NCBI GenBank assembly: GCA_963514005.1
Contig: OY740807.1
Location: 12,338,001 to 12,402,000 of the forward strand
Reading direction: 5' to 3'
DNA from: Raja brachyura
Lineage: Eukaryota
Length of the DNA: 64,000 nt
Shown here: positions 12,701 through 25,105 of the stretch, one piece after another
Position numbering within the stretch: position 1 is the first letter of the stretch
How the letters are laid out: the number at the start of each line of letters is the position of its first letter
Notes under the pieces: generated by a model
Database searches by the model: none
Seen by the model: the letters and a program-made list of their open reading frames with translations, nothing else
Told to the model about the DNA's origin: nothing
Program-made: the position numbers and the translations under genes

Positions 12701-13931
12701 TGAAACAGGAGGGGAATTTAATATTTTCTGCTGACCAATTCAGCATTTTGTGTAAATGTAAGAAAGTGGGAACAGAGGCTGCTGCTACTGTGTGAGCAGT
12801 GAGTGTCCCTGGCTGTGTCCTTGTCCCCATGGGATGTGCCTCCAAGTTGTGCTGACCTTTTCGAGCCACAGGAGCGCTCTTGACCCACTTTCCTCTCTAT
12901 CTGCCTGCCTGCCTGATGAATGGTGAAGTTTGTGTCTTCGGAAGAAAATTGAGATTTTTTTTCTTTAACCAGGTGACTTGGATATTTCTGAAAGTGCCAA
13001 TTTTGTCATTGGAGAAAAAAAGGAGCGGTAAGTGATAGCTCCTCATGATTATTTTAAGCTCCTGTACTGCCCAACACCATCCAACATGCTGAAAAAAGAT
13101 TTTGTAATGATTTTGTAACATTTAGAAATGCATTTAAAAAGTGGGGAAAACTGCTCCCTCAAGCCACTTTGATAGCTCTTTCACACGCAGCGCACTGCTT
13201 GTAGTCCGGATGATGTGACTTTTGGCCTTGTGCTTTGTCTTGTCTTCAGTCAAGTCCTTAAGCTCTCCTTTACCCTTGGTAAATACCCCATCATAATGCT
13301 TTTTAACACCAACAAACTCGCAGTCAAGCACTTGTGTTGCATAGCCAGGTCTTTCCAAACATGTTCTTGCACTCAAGCTAAACAATTACACACAATCCAT
13401 CATAACCTTGAAATGTTGGCAAGATAACAATCTATTTTTTGTCCCTGTATGTAGTCCTTTTACACCGTTCCCTTGCATCCTCAACGCCGAAATGGGAAAA
13501 TCATATGGGAGCATCAGTCACCAGGTTTGAGATTTTTCACCTATTGGGTGAGATCCCACTTTCCTTTGTCACAAAACTATTGATCATCTGTCAACCTTTC
13601 CTGTAGTCACCCACCAATGAAAATGTCCCCATGCTAGCTGACGTTTGTGGTTCTCTATTCTGTTTCCCTGTGGCTCAGGGAATCTGATATCTGCCCTTTC
13701 CACCCTCTTCCTCAAACAACAGCCTATCCTCATATCCTGAATTGACCAATATTTCTTACAATGGTGGGTTTAAATCACTTCAGTATGGTTTTTACCCAGC
13801 TACGGTATGGAAATGGCCCTCGTCCAAATAGCATAATCTACCTGCAAACGTGATGGAGGCGTATAATTTTCCCTGTTCCCTGCTTTTCTGTTAGTTGGAT
13901 CAATGTCTTTCAGCTAAGTGGCACTGTGTAA

Positions 13932-14457
13932 AGGGCCTGTCCCACCAGCATGCGACTGCATGTGGCGAGCGCGACCTGACGTGGTCGCTTGAGGCGTACG
14001 GCCTCGCGGGGCCGGTCCCACTTCGAACCTCGGAGGCATATGGAGTTGTGCGGGGCTGGTCCCAACATCGGCGGGGCTCCGAAAAACTGACACTGTCCAA
14101 AAATCCCGCTCGCCAACGGCTTGTCGGCCCGCAGCCGCATTGTGGACATACCCAGCGTTTTGACGTCGTACGCAGCGTCTTGACGTCGTGCGCTTAGCGC
14201 GTGGCGTTGCGCGATAACGTCACCGCCCGGCGTGCCGTTGTGTGATGACGTCACCGCCCGATGCCATGCAACGTCCAAATTCAGTCGGCCCGCCTCCTGC
14301 CCAGCTGATTGGTGAGTATGATGTTGGGACCAGCCCCATACAACTCCATACGCCTCCGCGGTTCGAAGTGGAACCGGCCCCGAGAGGCCGTACGCCTCAA
14401 GCGACCATGTTTCGCCGCGCTAGACGCATGCAATCGCATGCTGGTGGGACGGGCCCT
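13932..14457. mobile_element. PIF/Harbinger-type MITE with ~137-bp terminal inverted repeats
   Basis: Termini AGGGCCTGTCCCACCAGCATGCG...CGCATGCTGGTGGGACGGGCCCT, TAA target-site duplication (13929-13931, 14458-14460), CpG-rich. Confidence 0.85.
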
Positions 14458-16829
14458 TAAGCCCATGCTCTCATTGCCTCTCGACTTGACATTGCTCTCC
14501 TGACATAACTTCCAGCTTGTGTCCATACAAGCTCTATCTTATCTGAAATGAAAATAGAATATACTCAGCAAGTCAGGCAGCATCTGTAGAGGGAGTAACA
14601 TTTTGAGTGTAAAGCTTTCTTCAGAAATCTTCTCGTTCTTATCTAGTTCTTCATTGTCAGTGAATCTTCTGCAATGGTTCCCTTCGCACTCCTGCAGTTT
14701 CTGCCCAGGCCTTAGCATTGCTGCCTTCTCATTTCCCACCAACATGCTTCCTCTTTGGCAGCATCATCAGAAAACTCCTCCTGCTCCACGTTTGCTGATA
14801 ATATACAGTCCCTCCCTTGTCCCGACTTGAGCCCCAACCTGAAGCATTGCCTGTCCAGACACCCCACAGATTCCTGACCCACTGTGTTCCTCCAGTACTC
14901 TGATTTTGCTCAAGATTCCAGCATCTGCAGTTTCTTGAGGCTTTTATTTGTCAACCTTGGTTTTGATTGTTCCAAAATCTCCTTCATTTACACACAAATT
15001 AAAGCCTCTGCCACGCACCTTTCATGCTGCTCCAACCAAACAAGATCAAATTGGTTCACAACTATGCTCTCCTATTTGAGCAGGACCTGAGCTTCAATTA
15101 CCTATCCAGTGATATAACCCAGCTGTATCCCTGCTGAGTTGTATCTGATGCTGAAACCCTCATCAGTGCCTCTAACATTGGCCTTGGGGTCTGGCCAGCC
15201 TCTCAAGCCTGAAGTCGTGTAACTCTGCTGCCGTTTATCATAACTCACGAATCCTACTCTTGCCATCCCTTTATTTATTGGCCTATAGTGAATCCCATTC
15301 TTCTAATTTCAATGTTTATAAAATTCTCATTCCCATTCATTTTCCCTGTAATTTACTGCTAGTCCTCCATCCTCTAAATTATTTTCGCCATCTCTGACCT
15401 GATTTTTTTTCTCCTTCACACCAGTTTTAACATACCTTGAGTTTATCCCACAAGATCCCCATATAACATCAGTCTCTGTAAGGTTCCTTGAAATCTACCT
15501 CTCTCTCTCTCTCCCCAAGATTACATCAGCGGCTACCCTTCAGAAATACTTCAAAGGCTGTATAATGTGTTAAGGCTGTGAAAGGTGCTATAAGAAAACT
15601 GCTCCACTGGGATCTGGCATGGACCCAGAAGGTCAAATGACTGTAACCTAAAACAAGTTTTGTTTTTCTCTTAGCTCAATAGCCATTTTATTCTGAATAC
15701 ACTCCTGTGGGGGATTCACTTTATAAATGCAAATTGTTTTGCAGTCTATTGTTTGGAAAGCACATTCAGTATTAATGTAGGCAAATGTGAAAGCTGATTT
15801 GCACGTCCCACCTCTGCAGAAACTTGCTGAGATCCTGTTCCATGGATGTTTCACACTATTGTATCTGGCCCAAAGTGTGTGTAAACTTGGACAATGTTAT
15901 TTATTACATTAAAAAAGAGCCAATTCAGTGGACATTAGTTTGTGACCTGCTGCATTTGGCTCTTTTGGTGTTCAATTTTTGGGTAAATGCTTGGCGATTC
16001 GTAACATTTGCTTAATGTTCAAGGGCATGAGCTGGGGATCTGAAACAGTAAAGGAACTGTGGAGGCTCAGCTCTGCTTTGCAGAGGGGGAACAGAAGTGG
16101 AGGTTGAATTGTCAAGTGTTTATTATGATATGTGCCGACAACCGAACAATGAAGTTCTTGCAGTAGCACAACAGGCCTGTAAACGCAATATACATAAGTA
16201 ATAAATAATAAGCAAAAATTCAATAAATTAATAACCCCAAAGTCCTTGGTGCACCCAAAGATTATAGTGTATATAGTGTTTAATAGACAATAGGTGGAGG
16301 AGTAGGCCATTCAGCCCTTCGAGCCAGTACCGCCATTCACTGTGATCATGGCTGATCATCCACAATCAATACCCCGTTCCTGCCTTCTCCCCATATCCCT
16401 TGACTCCACTAGCTTTAAGAGCTCTATCTAGCTTTCTCTTGAAAGCATCCAGAGAATTGGCCTCCACTGCATTCTGAGGCAGAGAATTCCACAGATTCAC
16501 AACTCTGGGTGAGCCCAATGGTTGTTAAGTTATTCCTGAACCTGCTGCTGGTCAGTTTTCATGCTCTTATACCTTCTTCCCAATGGTAGAACTGAAATGA
16601 GAGGATGGTATTGGTCTCTCTGATACTGATTTCATTTTTGAGGCAATGTCCCCTACAGATCCCTTTTGTTGGTGGGGAGGTCGGTACGTGCGACGGATTG
16701 GACACTTATGCATTGATAATTACTGTACAGCTGTGGTGACAGCCCTTTCAATGGGGCAGGAAGTAGAGTGGGCTACTTAATCCAACCACTAAATGTTCCA
16801 TGAGACATGTTTGTTCTTTTTCTCCACAG

Positions 16830-16903
16830 ATCATAAGGACCATGGAAAATATTTTGTATCCAAATTGCAGCGGAGACGTGGGAAGAGAATGGGGACCTGC
16901 TAA
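16830..16903 (+). CDS. TRIM37: Probable TRIM37 terminal coding exon (DHKDHGKYFVSKLQRRRGKRMGTC*)
   Basis: Strong acceptor ttctttttctccacag|. The G|AT junction gives Asp, as in the recalled mammalian last exon. It is followed by 2.5 kb of repeat-poor, UTR-like sequence. Confidence 0.55.
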
Positions 16904-19428
16904 AGATTTTTCCATCTTTAATAGTAGGTTAAAGGAAATAACCTGTAACGTCCTATGTGAAACTGATGCTCGTCTGTCACTCATACACTACTATACCAAC
17001 TGTGTGCTGATCCCAGTAAACATTGCACTGACTTTTATTTTCTTCAACGGCAAAGTTAATCACATCACCCAGTACTTGGTTATACATTTAGAAATCGCTT
17101 CTGTGTAGCCCATCCTGGCTTTAATGATATCTTCTCTAGATCATTGATTCATTTTCAGCCTTAAGTTTTTGCATGGCTGCAATCAGCTGTTCTGCCCTAA
17201 CATTCCTTCTGAAACCTTATTCAAGCAACTTGCAAGTTACATTTCATGAATCTTTGGTTTGTTTTTTGAGAACTGTTATAGGTCATGTCCTCTTCAAGCT
17301 GTGCTTTTGTATCTATGTCCCAGAACCATTGACACAAACATATGTACAGACCCTGCCCTCTTCTAAATTGCCCCTGTTTTGTGGAAGCTGAGCAGTGATC
17401 CATGTTGGCACTTGGCCAGGATGAGCTGGGATAGATGAGTGAATGGTGGGTCGGTGGCGGTTGTGAGTAGTAGCTGAGATTGTGAATTTGCCAAAGGGTA
17501 ATCGGCAAGCCTTGCTCTTGTGTACCCAAGAGGAAAACTTGCTTGTTCTAGACCATGGTGTTTTACTACTGATGATTTTGTGCCCTGTGTTATTGGACTG
17601 ATCGACTGCAGCAGACTAACAAAACAATAAGTGGGATTATTGGTTGGTAAAAGCTGAGTCCACATTTTGTGTGCGCTGTAACTCGGATTGTATTAGATTC
17701 ATGATTAGACGTGTGTACAGTAAGGTGTTATGTATTATCCCTACCCCTGGATTTCATTCTTCAAACTTGGTGGACGCAGTAGTTGAATAAATTCTCCAAA
17801 GTAGTCCAACTAATCTATGCATGTCAAATCTTTGCTTTCTGGTCTTGACCTAATATGTATTTTATCAAGGTTATCTGAGCACGAGTGACGTTGTACGATT
17901 GCTATAACATGAACTAAATGGTGTATTTTAAGTACTGCCCCATTGACCCCACTAAAGCTGCACAGGGTGAATATGAGTTCAGTGGGCAAGTTTGTTTGCT
18001 GCCTTGTCTTCAACATTAACATGAAATTACCAGATTGTTTGTGGTGATGCATGGTGGTGCTTTGTACATATTTTCATTTCAAACTTCCTGCTACACTTGG
18101 CTTCTAGTTCGCCACTTTCATAATTTGTGTGGAGTGAAGCCCAGTAGGGAAAACCGTGGCCTACTGCTCTGTAGTGTTATTACATCAAGTAAACTGATGT
18201 CCTCAAAAAATGAGCAGACTGTACCGAAGTTGGGGATGTGTTGCAGCTACACTTGTTAATTTGGTCAATTTTACACTTGATTGTTTCAGTTATAATATCT
18301 GGCACAAGATTGAAGCAAAACATCCCAATAAAATTATTTATTTCCAGATTAAGTACCATTTTTATTTATTTAACTTCTGCTTTTGAGCAGCTTTTTGTGC
18401 ACCATTATTTTAACTTTCTCTGTCAAATAATTTCTGTGCAGTCGGTCCCATGATTTTGCAGGTTTCCTTTTGCAAATACCTTCCTCTGAGTATTCCCCAA
18501 ATTTGAATAAATTAGTAAAGTTAAGAGCTCGTGGCTTTCGATCAGCAACAAATGCCTGCCCAGGTTTTTACTTACTGGTCTGCTTGATGCTCCCACCCAA
18601 AATCCTTTATATAAACAGCACTTATAACTTCTGTGATTGTGGTTTATTTTTGAGTTGGGAGAATTTGTAGGCCTCTTTAAATTCATAGTTTACAACATCT
18701 CTGCTGCAGGCCAGTCTTGAATTGTATTGTCACATCAAACATTCAATATTTATTGGGTGCTGTTACAAAGAAACTAGTCTTTCCAACCTTTTCCATTAGG
18801 TTGGTCAACGTGTACAAAACAAAAGACGATTCTTTGTGGGACCCTTTCCTTTCATCTCTACTTACTGGTCTGGTGTGTTTTTAATGTTCTTGCTTTGGCT
18901 TTTCGGTATTTTGCAAGCCTTTCTATGTTGAAAGACAGTGTGTGGGTAACCAGTGATTAGCTTCCTCCAGCAGCGCCACCTTTTTCTGCAATTCAACTGC
19001 CCTGTCCACCTTTCTCCTGCTTCCCCCACAACTATTATGTGCCTGCAATGTATATAACTTCGCCAAGCTTTTTTTCTTTTGCTTTAAAGAGTACTTTTAG
19101 AAGATATTGGGTTTTGTGAATTTCTTCAATGCTGTGCTTTGAGGATGCTCCCCATTTGATGGAACTTGGAATTCTATCAACAAGTCTGTTAAACCACTGC
19201 AGGCAGTCTATCCATGTATTAGAAAGTAAAGTACTGATTTGGTAGTACTGAACTTTCATTGTGGACCCAGCTTCTCCTGAGCATGTCAACATCCTGTCTA
19301 AATGTGATGTACCTTGTACTGTGAAGTACAGTTAGAATTGTTGTGCTTTATTTGTAATGTGTATTCACTGTTGCATTTTAAATATTGTCTCCATTGTGTT
19401 TACATGATCACATTTCTGCACTTTTGTT

Positions 19429-19434
19429 AATAAA
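19429..19434 (+). terminator. Candidate polyadenylation signal AATAAA for TRIM37
   Basis: AATAAA sits at the end of a TGTA-rich, repeat-poor tract, with GT-rich sequence downstream. Confidence 0.5.
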
Positions 19435-20954
19435 ACTGTAAGATACAAACTTACGAGTCTGCTGTTTCTGGGAAGGGGTGGGTATAATTTCCAGTGGGCC
19501 TAGGAACAATTTTAGCTCAAAATGAAGGGTTAATGGGTTTTAAGAAAGGAAACGTTTTATTTGTGTGAGGCTTTGTGTCCGCAGAGAACTCCTCAGTGGC
19601 TTGTGGGGGAAATTGTTTTGTGTTTGCAAATGAACAGCTACTTTTCACAGAAATCCCCCAAAGCAGCAATAATGTAGGTGAGCAGCATTTGGCAAGAACA
19701 TTGGCCAACATGGCACTCTGACAGCACATTACTCCTGAATCATTGAATTCAAAGCATGAGCTTGCATGGAAATGCAACACTGAAATCATCTGCCTCTTGT
19801 AATCGCAAAATGGAGATGGAAATCAGTCATTTGTTCCGGCTTCCAGAAATCTTTGGAACTATTTGCAGATAAATATACCAGTAGAGCCAGATGTTTCCTT
19901 ACAGACCTGAGGTAATGTGGTCACACATTTTTATAGGCATTGAGCTCTAATAGCTGCTGTGGTCCTAGTCACTATGCACTTGGACCGTTTAGATGCAATT
20001 ATAAATCATGCCTGGGTTTCACTCTTAAACAAAACATGCTGTGTACCATAACTGTTTGTGGTCAGAATGCCCCTCCTACAGGAATGTGGAAATGTTTTAA
20101 CCCTACATTTTTCATTTGCCTTGAACTCAATCCAGTCTCTCGTTCTTTTATTTACAAATAATGTACAGGGGCTGTCATGTAAAAGTCCATGAAGTATGGA
20201 ATCATGTAGAAACATGGAACTGCAGATGCAACTTTACAAAACACACAGTGCTGGAGTAATTCAGCGGGTCAGGCAGCATTTCTGAAGATCATGGATGGAT
20301 GATGTTTAGATTGGCACCCATCTGCAGAATAATTATTTATCCTTGCTGTAACCAGAACTACCCTACTGTTCTATCCTAATTCTTATGTTTGTATAGATTT
20401 GAGAGAGCTACAAGGATGAGTGATAGTTAACTTAACAACGTTTTGTATTTTCTTTTACTGACATAGCTAGATGACAGCGTAGTGAATTCCATGGCTTTTA
20501 ATTACCAATATGAGATATTTTGCATCTAGCTGAGAGAAGTGTCACTTAACATCTGGTATAACCATAAGAATCAGGAGCAAGACTTGGATCACTCAGTCCC
20601 TCATGCCTGCTCTATTGTTTAATAAGATGATGGATCATGAACTTCACAGTCCTGTTTACTTTTGAGTCTTTCACGTATCTTTACACCCATTTTGAAAACA
20701 TTCAGTTTTCGTGCTTCCACTGCATTGTGAGAAAGAATTTCAAAAACTTATGTTCCTCCTGAAAGGTAAAGAAATGTTAACATTTTTTAAATTGTAGTCT
20801 TCTATGAAAAGTTTCTTCCCCACATTCACCCTGTCAGGACCACGATATCCTGGAGCAAAAAACAGAAGGTTCTGGAAATCTGAAACAATAGAAAATGTTA
20901 AAAGGACTTAGCAGGTTGGGCGGCTTCAATGGAGAAACAAAGTTGACATTATAG

Positions 20955-21225
20955 GGCAGCACAGCTCAGAGCTGCGTGCTGACAATGCCAGAGACCCTGG
21001 TTCAATCCTGACCCCTGATGCTATCTATGTGGAGTTTGCATGTTTTCCCAGTAACTGTGTGGGTTTCTTCCAGGTGCTCTGGTTTCCTCCCACCTTCCAC
21101 AGATGTGGAGTTTTAAGTTAATTGCCCTTTGCAAAATGCCCCTGGGTGCAGGGAGTGTATGAGAAAGTGGGATAGCATAGGTGAGAAGGGGTGATGTGTG
21201 AGAAGGGGTAATCAATGCTGTATCT
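20955..21225 (+). mobile_element. tRNA-derived V-SINE (HE1-like)
   Basis: B-box ggttcaatcc and central gtggagtttgcatgtt...ggtttcctcccac domain. Confidence 0.8.
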
Positions 21226-22525
21226 TTGAATCAAGTTCAGGACCTTTCAGAAGGTATATTAAATACAGAAAGGAGAAGGGGTAGAGGGAACAGAGTATGT
21301 CTGTGATAAGAAGGAGAGTGACAATAGTCAAAGCATGTGAAGTACACATCTAATTTAAATCAAAGAGAAAGCCACAGGTGTGGGGAAAAAAGTAAAACCC
21401 TGCGCACTTCATATGAAATGTAGCGCTGTACCCAGTCAAAATTAAATGTTGCACCCCGCGTTTGTGTTGAACATTGTTGGAGCAATGTAGACTGGAGTGG
21501 GAATGGGCCGGAGTTCCAGTGATGGACCTGGATGCTCAGTGTAGACCTTGTGTGTATTTTGTTTGGACACTTTTTCTTTCAAAGCTGGTACAATCTTGGT
21601 TTTATTTGTGTGGATGTGTGAGATTGATGCTGTTAATCTAACATGGCAACTGCCTTGTGGTTATACAAATGAGGCAGAGCTAGTCTCCCCAAGGCTATCC
21701 TGCATTCTGATTATAAATTTAATCTGAGTGAATTTTTCTGTGGATGATGTCAGTGTACATTGGAGCTGTTGCATATTGCTCGAAGTAGCTGTGAGCATGT
21801 AGTTGCCCCACCTGTCAAAAATTAGAAAATGTGTACCTCACTTTTACCATCGGTATCAAGAGGTGCCTGTAACCAGCTGCAGAGAAAGTGAATCAATACT
21901 GTGGTGTTCCAAGTTGTCAACGCAAAGACTCAGTACTTCTGTACATTAATAGCAGCCTGTGACGCACTGGGTAGGATCTATGGGGTAAAATCCTACTTCA
22001 AGAACTAAGGCAGATAAAACAGGCAATGTAATACCAGAAATTGAGTGCTGTGCTGGCTTTATCTTTCAGCTGGAAGGATAGATAAGGCCTTTGCTTATCA
22101 TGTCGGAGACATTTAAAGATCCTATGCTAATATTTTGAGGGGGTGGGGACGGCGATGGGCTTGGACCAAAATGTGCCCCATAATTAACAGCAAGTTTGGT
22201 TTTAAAAATAACTTCTGGGCATTTCATGGTGGATGTGTAAGATCATAAGACATGGGATCCGACTTAGGCTATTTGGCCCATCAAGTCTGCCGTGCCATTC
22301 CAGCATAGCTGATCTGTTTTCTCTCTCAATCCTGGTCTGCCTTTCCCCCCATAATATTTGACACGCTTGCTGGTCAAGAATGTATCAATCTCCACTTTAA
22401 AAGTACCCAATGACTTAGCCTCCACAGCTGTCTGTAGCAATGAATTCGAACACATACACCACCATAAAGAAATTCCTCTTCTCCATTCTTAAGCTATGTC
22501 CTGAGCTGAAACCTTTGGTCCTAGA

Positions 22526-22918
22526 AGGGCCTGTCCCACTTACATGATTTTTTTAGGCAACTGCCGGTGACTGTCATAGTCGTAGCAGGTTGCCGAAAAA
22601 CCGGTGACTGGACAGCCCTGCGTCAATGTCTACGACCAGCTACAACAATCTACCATCTAGTCGATGCCAAACAACTGGCAACCCATTAGGACGTCCACCT
22701 ACGACAACTTACGACCAGGAGAAGTCAAGCTACGCTCATTGGCATCAACCCACTGTCGCCGACGTGCTGAAAATCCAGCGGCGACCAGAAAGACGCTACG
22801 ACTCTTCGGGTGACTGAGGAGACTACTCAAGACCATACAGGCGACACCCCAGCGACCGTATGGCGACAGCCTCGTCACCTGTAGTCGTCTCAAAAATAGC
22901 CTAAGTGTGACAGGCCCT
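22526..22918. mobile_element. PIF/Harbinger-type MITE inserted into a CR1 fragment
   Basis: TIRs AGGGCCTGTCCCACTTA / TAAGTGTGACAGGCCCT and AGA duplication (22523-22525, 22919-22921). The flanks rejoin as the CR1 sequence ggtcctagactctccc. Confidence 0.85.
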
Positions 22919-23719
22919 AGACTCTCCCATTACTGGAAATATTTTCTCCTCATCCACTATGCCTTTCATTATTTGGTAGCATAAATGTATGTATAATTGT
23001 ACCATTTTTTTCTATGTTGCAAATTACTACATATCCTAAACAACATAAAGACAAGGTCTGTCTTTACCAATAAGCATGCAATTGAGTCTGAGGATGTTGA
23101 GCATGCCCAGAATAGCACGATGGGCTGGTGCATGTTAATACACACTTCTGACGCTGTTTCTTCCAAGTAAAGGTCAAGTTGAAGGAAATTGGCACAAACT
23201 ATCCTCCTCCTTCCCACTCATAGCAAGCTGCTTGACAGCAGTGTCAGGGAGTTGCTTTGAGACCAGAATTACACTGTTTGGAGATGGCAGTGAGAATGAA
23301 GTAGAACCAAAGGCAACTTGAACATTTATGTTCAAACCACTGTCTGATCGGGCAAATGGCATGCGAGCAAGTCCGCTGCTTTGTTGAGCCTTTCCATGGC
23401 ATTGATGCGGGCTCATGGAGTGTAAATTATTCATGGCGAAATTACATCATTAGCATATTGAACTAGTGTTACTTTTTGACCGGAGTGTTATTCTGAGAGC
23501 AATATTGCCAATTTAAAGGGGAGTTTATTTCCCCCAACATAGCCTTAATTGTCCATGTTCATTTGTTTTTGATCTTTTCCTTTTATGGAACATAACAGCA
23601 CAAGAGCAGGCCCTTCGCCCCACAATAACTGTGCCGAAGATGAAGCCAAAATCAACTCTCACCTACCTGCACATAACCCAGAATCCTTGATTCCCTGCAT
23701 ATTTTAGTTTTAGTTTAGT

Positions 23720-24000
23720 TTACTGCTACAGCGTGGAACCTGTCCCGGCTAGTCCACACTGACCAGCGATCCCTGCACTTTAACACTATCCTACACACTA
23801 TAAACAATTTATATTTCTAGAAAACCAATTAACCTGTACGTCTTTGGAGTATGGGAGGAAACCAAAGATCTCCAAAAACCCATGCGGTCACTGGGAGAAC
23901 GTACAAACTCCGTCCAGACCACCCGTAGTCTGGATCGAACCCGGGTCTCTGGCACTGAAAGCGCTGAATGGCAGCAACTACCGCTGTGCCATTGTGCCGC
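23720..24000 (-). mobile_element. tRNA-derived V-SINE (HE1-like)
   Basis: On the - strand: ggcacaatggcacagcggtag...gagacccgggttcgatcc...gagtttgtacgttctcc. Confidence 0.82.
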
Positions 24001-24962
24001 CCTCAATATCCCCACATATCCATGTGTCCATCCAAAATCTCTCAAATCCAGATCTCTTTGGACTGTGCCTGCTTTTCTGTCATGATATTTAATACTTTGT
24101 TGTTGAATTGCCGAGTGTTGAAGTGTACTCGAGTTCAGTGGTAAGCAGATGACAAAAAGCCAAGTTCTTAATAATAAGTAATTTGTTTTGGAGTTGACGA
24201 GTCTGGAGTAGTTCAGTAACTTGCTGACTTCTATATTAGGAATGAATCTTTTTTCAAGACAAATTGAGGTGGTGTGAAGGAGAGTGTGTTCTTAGAAGGC
24301 ATTGAAATTCCTCTTTATTTTTAAATATTAAAAGGCAGATGAAAGTATTTGACATGACTGCCAATCTATCAGAGTTGGGGTAGTGACCTTGTTGGACTAC
24401 CTGTTGCCTTGTCCATTCATCATTCCCTCTCATGTGTAGCTATTATCTGGAATATTGGGAATTGCAGACTTTTTATAAATAATTACTTCCAAGGAATTGA
24501 TGCCAGCTGATTTTATTTTAAACCTATTGCTGCAGTCTGAAATCTGTGAGTCACCTTGCCGGTGATGACTCGTATTTAAAGCAGAAGAGCAATTGAATGT
24601 CATTATGTGTAATTTAATGGGTGGAAATTATATAGCATTGATCTCCCACCTGACAGTTCAGTTTGGCAGTAACCATGCATGGAACAGAACAGTTCTATTT
24701 TAACATGTATCATCCATAATTATTACCTTTTTTCTTTTTCTCTTGTTCATTTTACACGTTAAAATGTTCAGTGTGTGTGCCTAGTTGTAGATAGCTGGCT
24801 GATGGAGTCTTAAACCTCCCTGGAACCTTCAAGGAACATGCTGAGTGGTGGTGGAGGCAGATACAGTAGTGATGTTTAACAAGCTTTAGATGGGCTCATG
24901 GATATGCAGGGAATGGAGGGATGTGGATCACGTGCAGGCAGACATTAGTTTAACTTGGCATC

Positions 24963-25105
24963 TTCTTCTTCTTCTTGCGTATGGCGTGCATAGCCTAAAG
25001 TTGTAGGACAACTTGTTCTATTTTATCTTATTTGATTGTGCATGCTGGGTTGATTGCATTCATCAAAACAGGGCGGACCACGTGAAGGTTGCAATCTCCC
25101 ACCCC
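24963..25105 (-). mobile_element. Short non-autonomous retroelement with HDV-like ribozyme head and (GAA)n tail, copy 1
   Basis: TSD acttggcatc (24953-24962, 25106-25115). Homologous to 61755-61892. Confidence 0.85.
25052..25105 (-). ncRNA. Minimal HDV-like ribozyme fold, catalytic C mutated to U
   Basis: P1 GGGGUGG/CCGCCCU, P2 GAUUGCA/UGCAAUC, P3 ACC/GGU, L3 UUCACGU. J4/2 reads UGAA instead of CGAA. Confidence 0.8.

Noticed and set aside
12600-13500. Possible degraded Tx1-type ORF1 on the minus strand
   Set aside because: Only faint zinc-knuckle-like traces are visible, which cannot be supported without a profile search.
13895-14526. Cluster of overlapping ORFs on both strands
   Set aside because: They are explained by the GC-rich palindromic MITE, and the mirrored peptides come from its inverted repeats.
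18967-18985. CTCF-like GCGCCACC motif
   Set aside because: Only half of the consensus matches.
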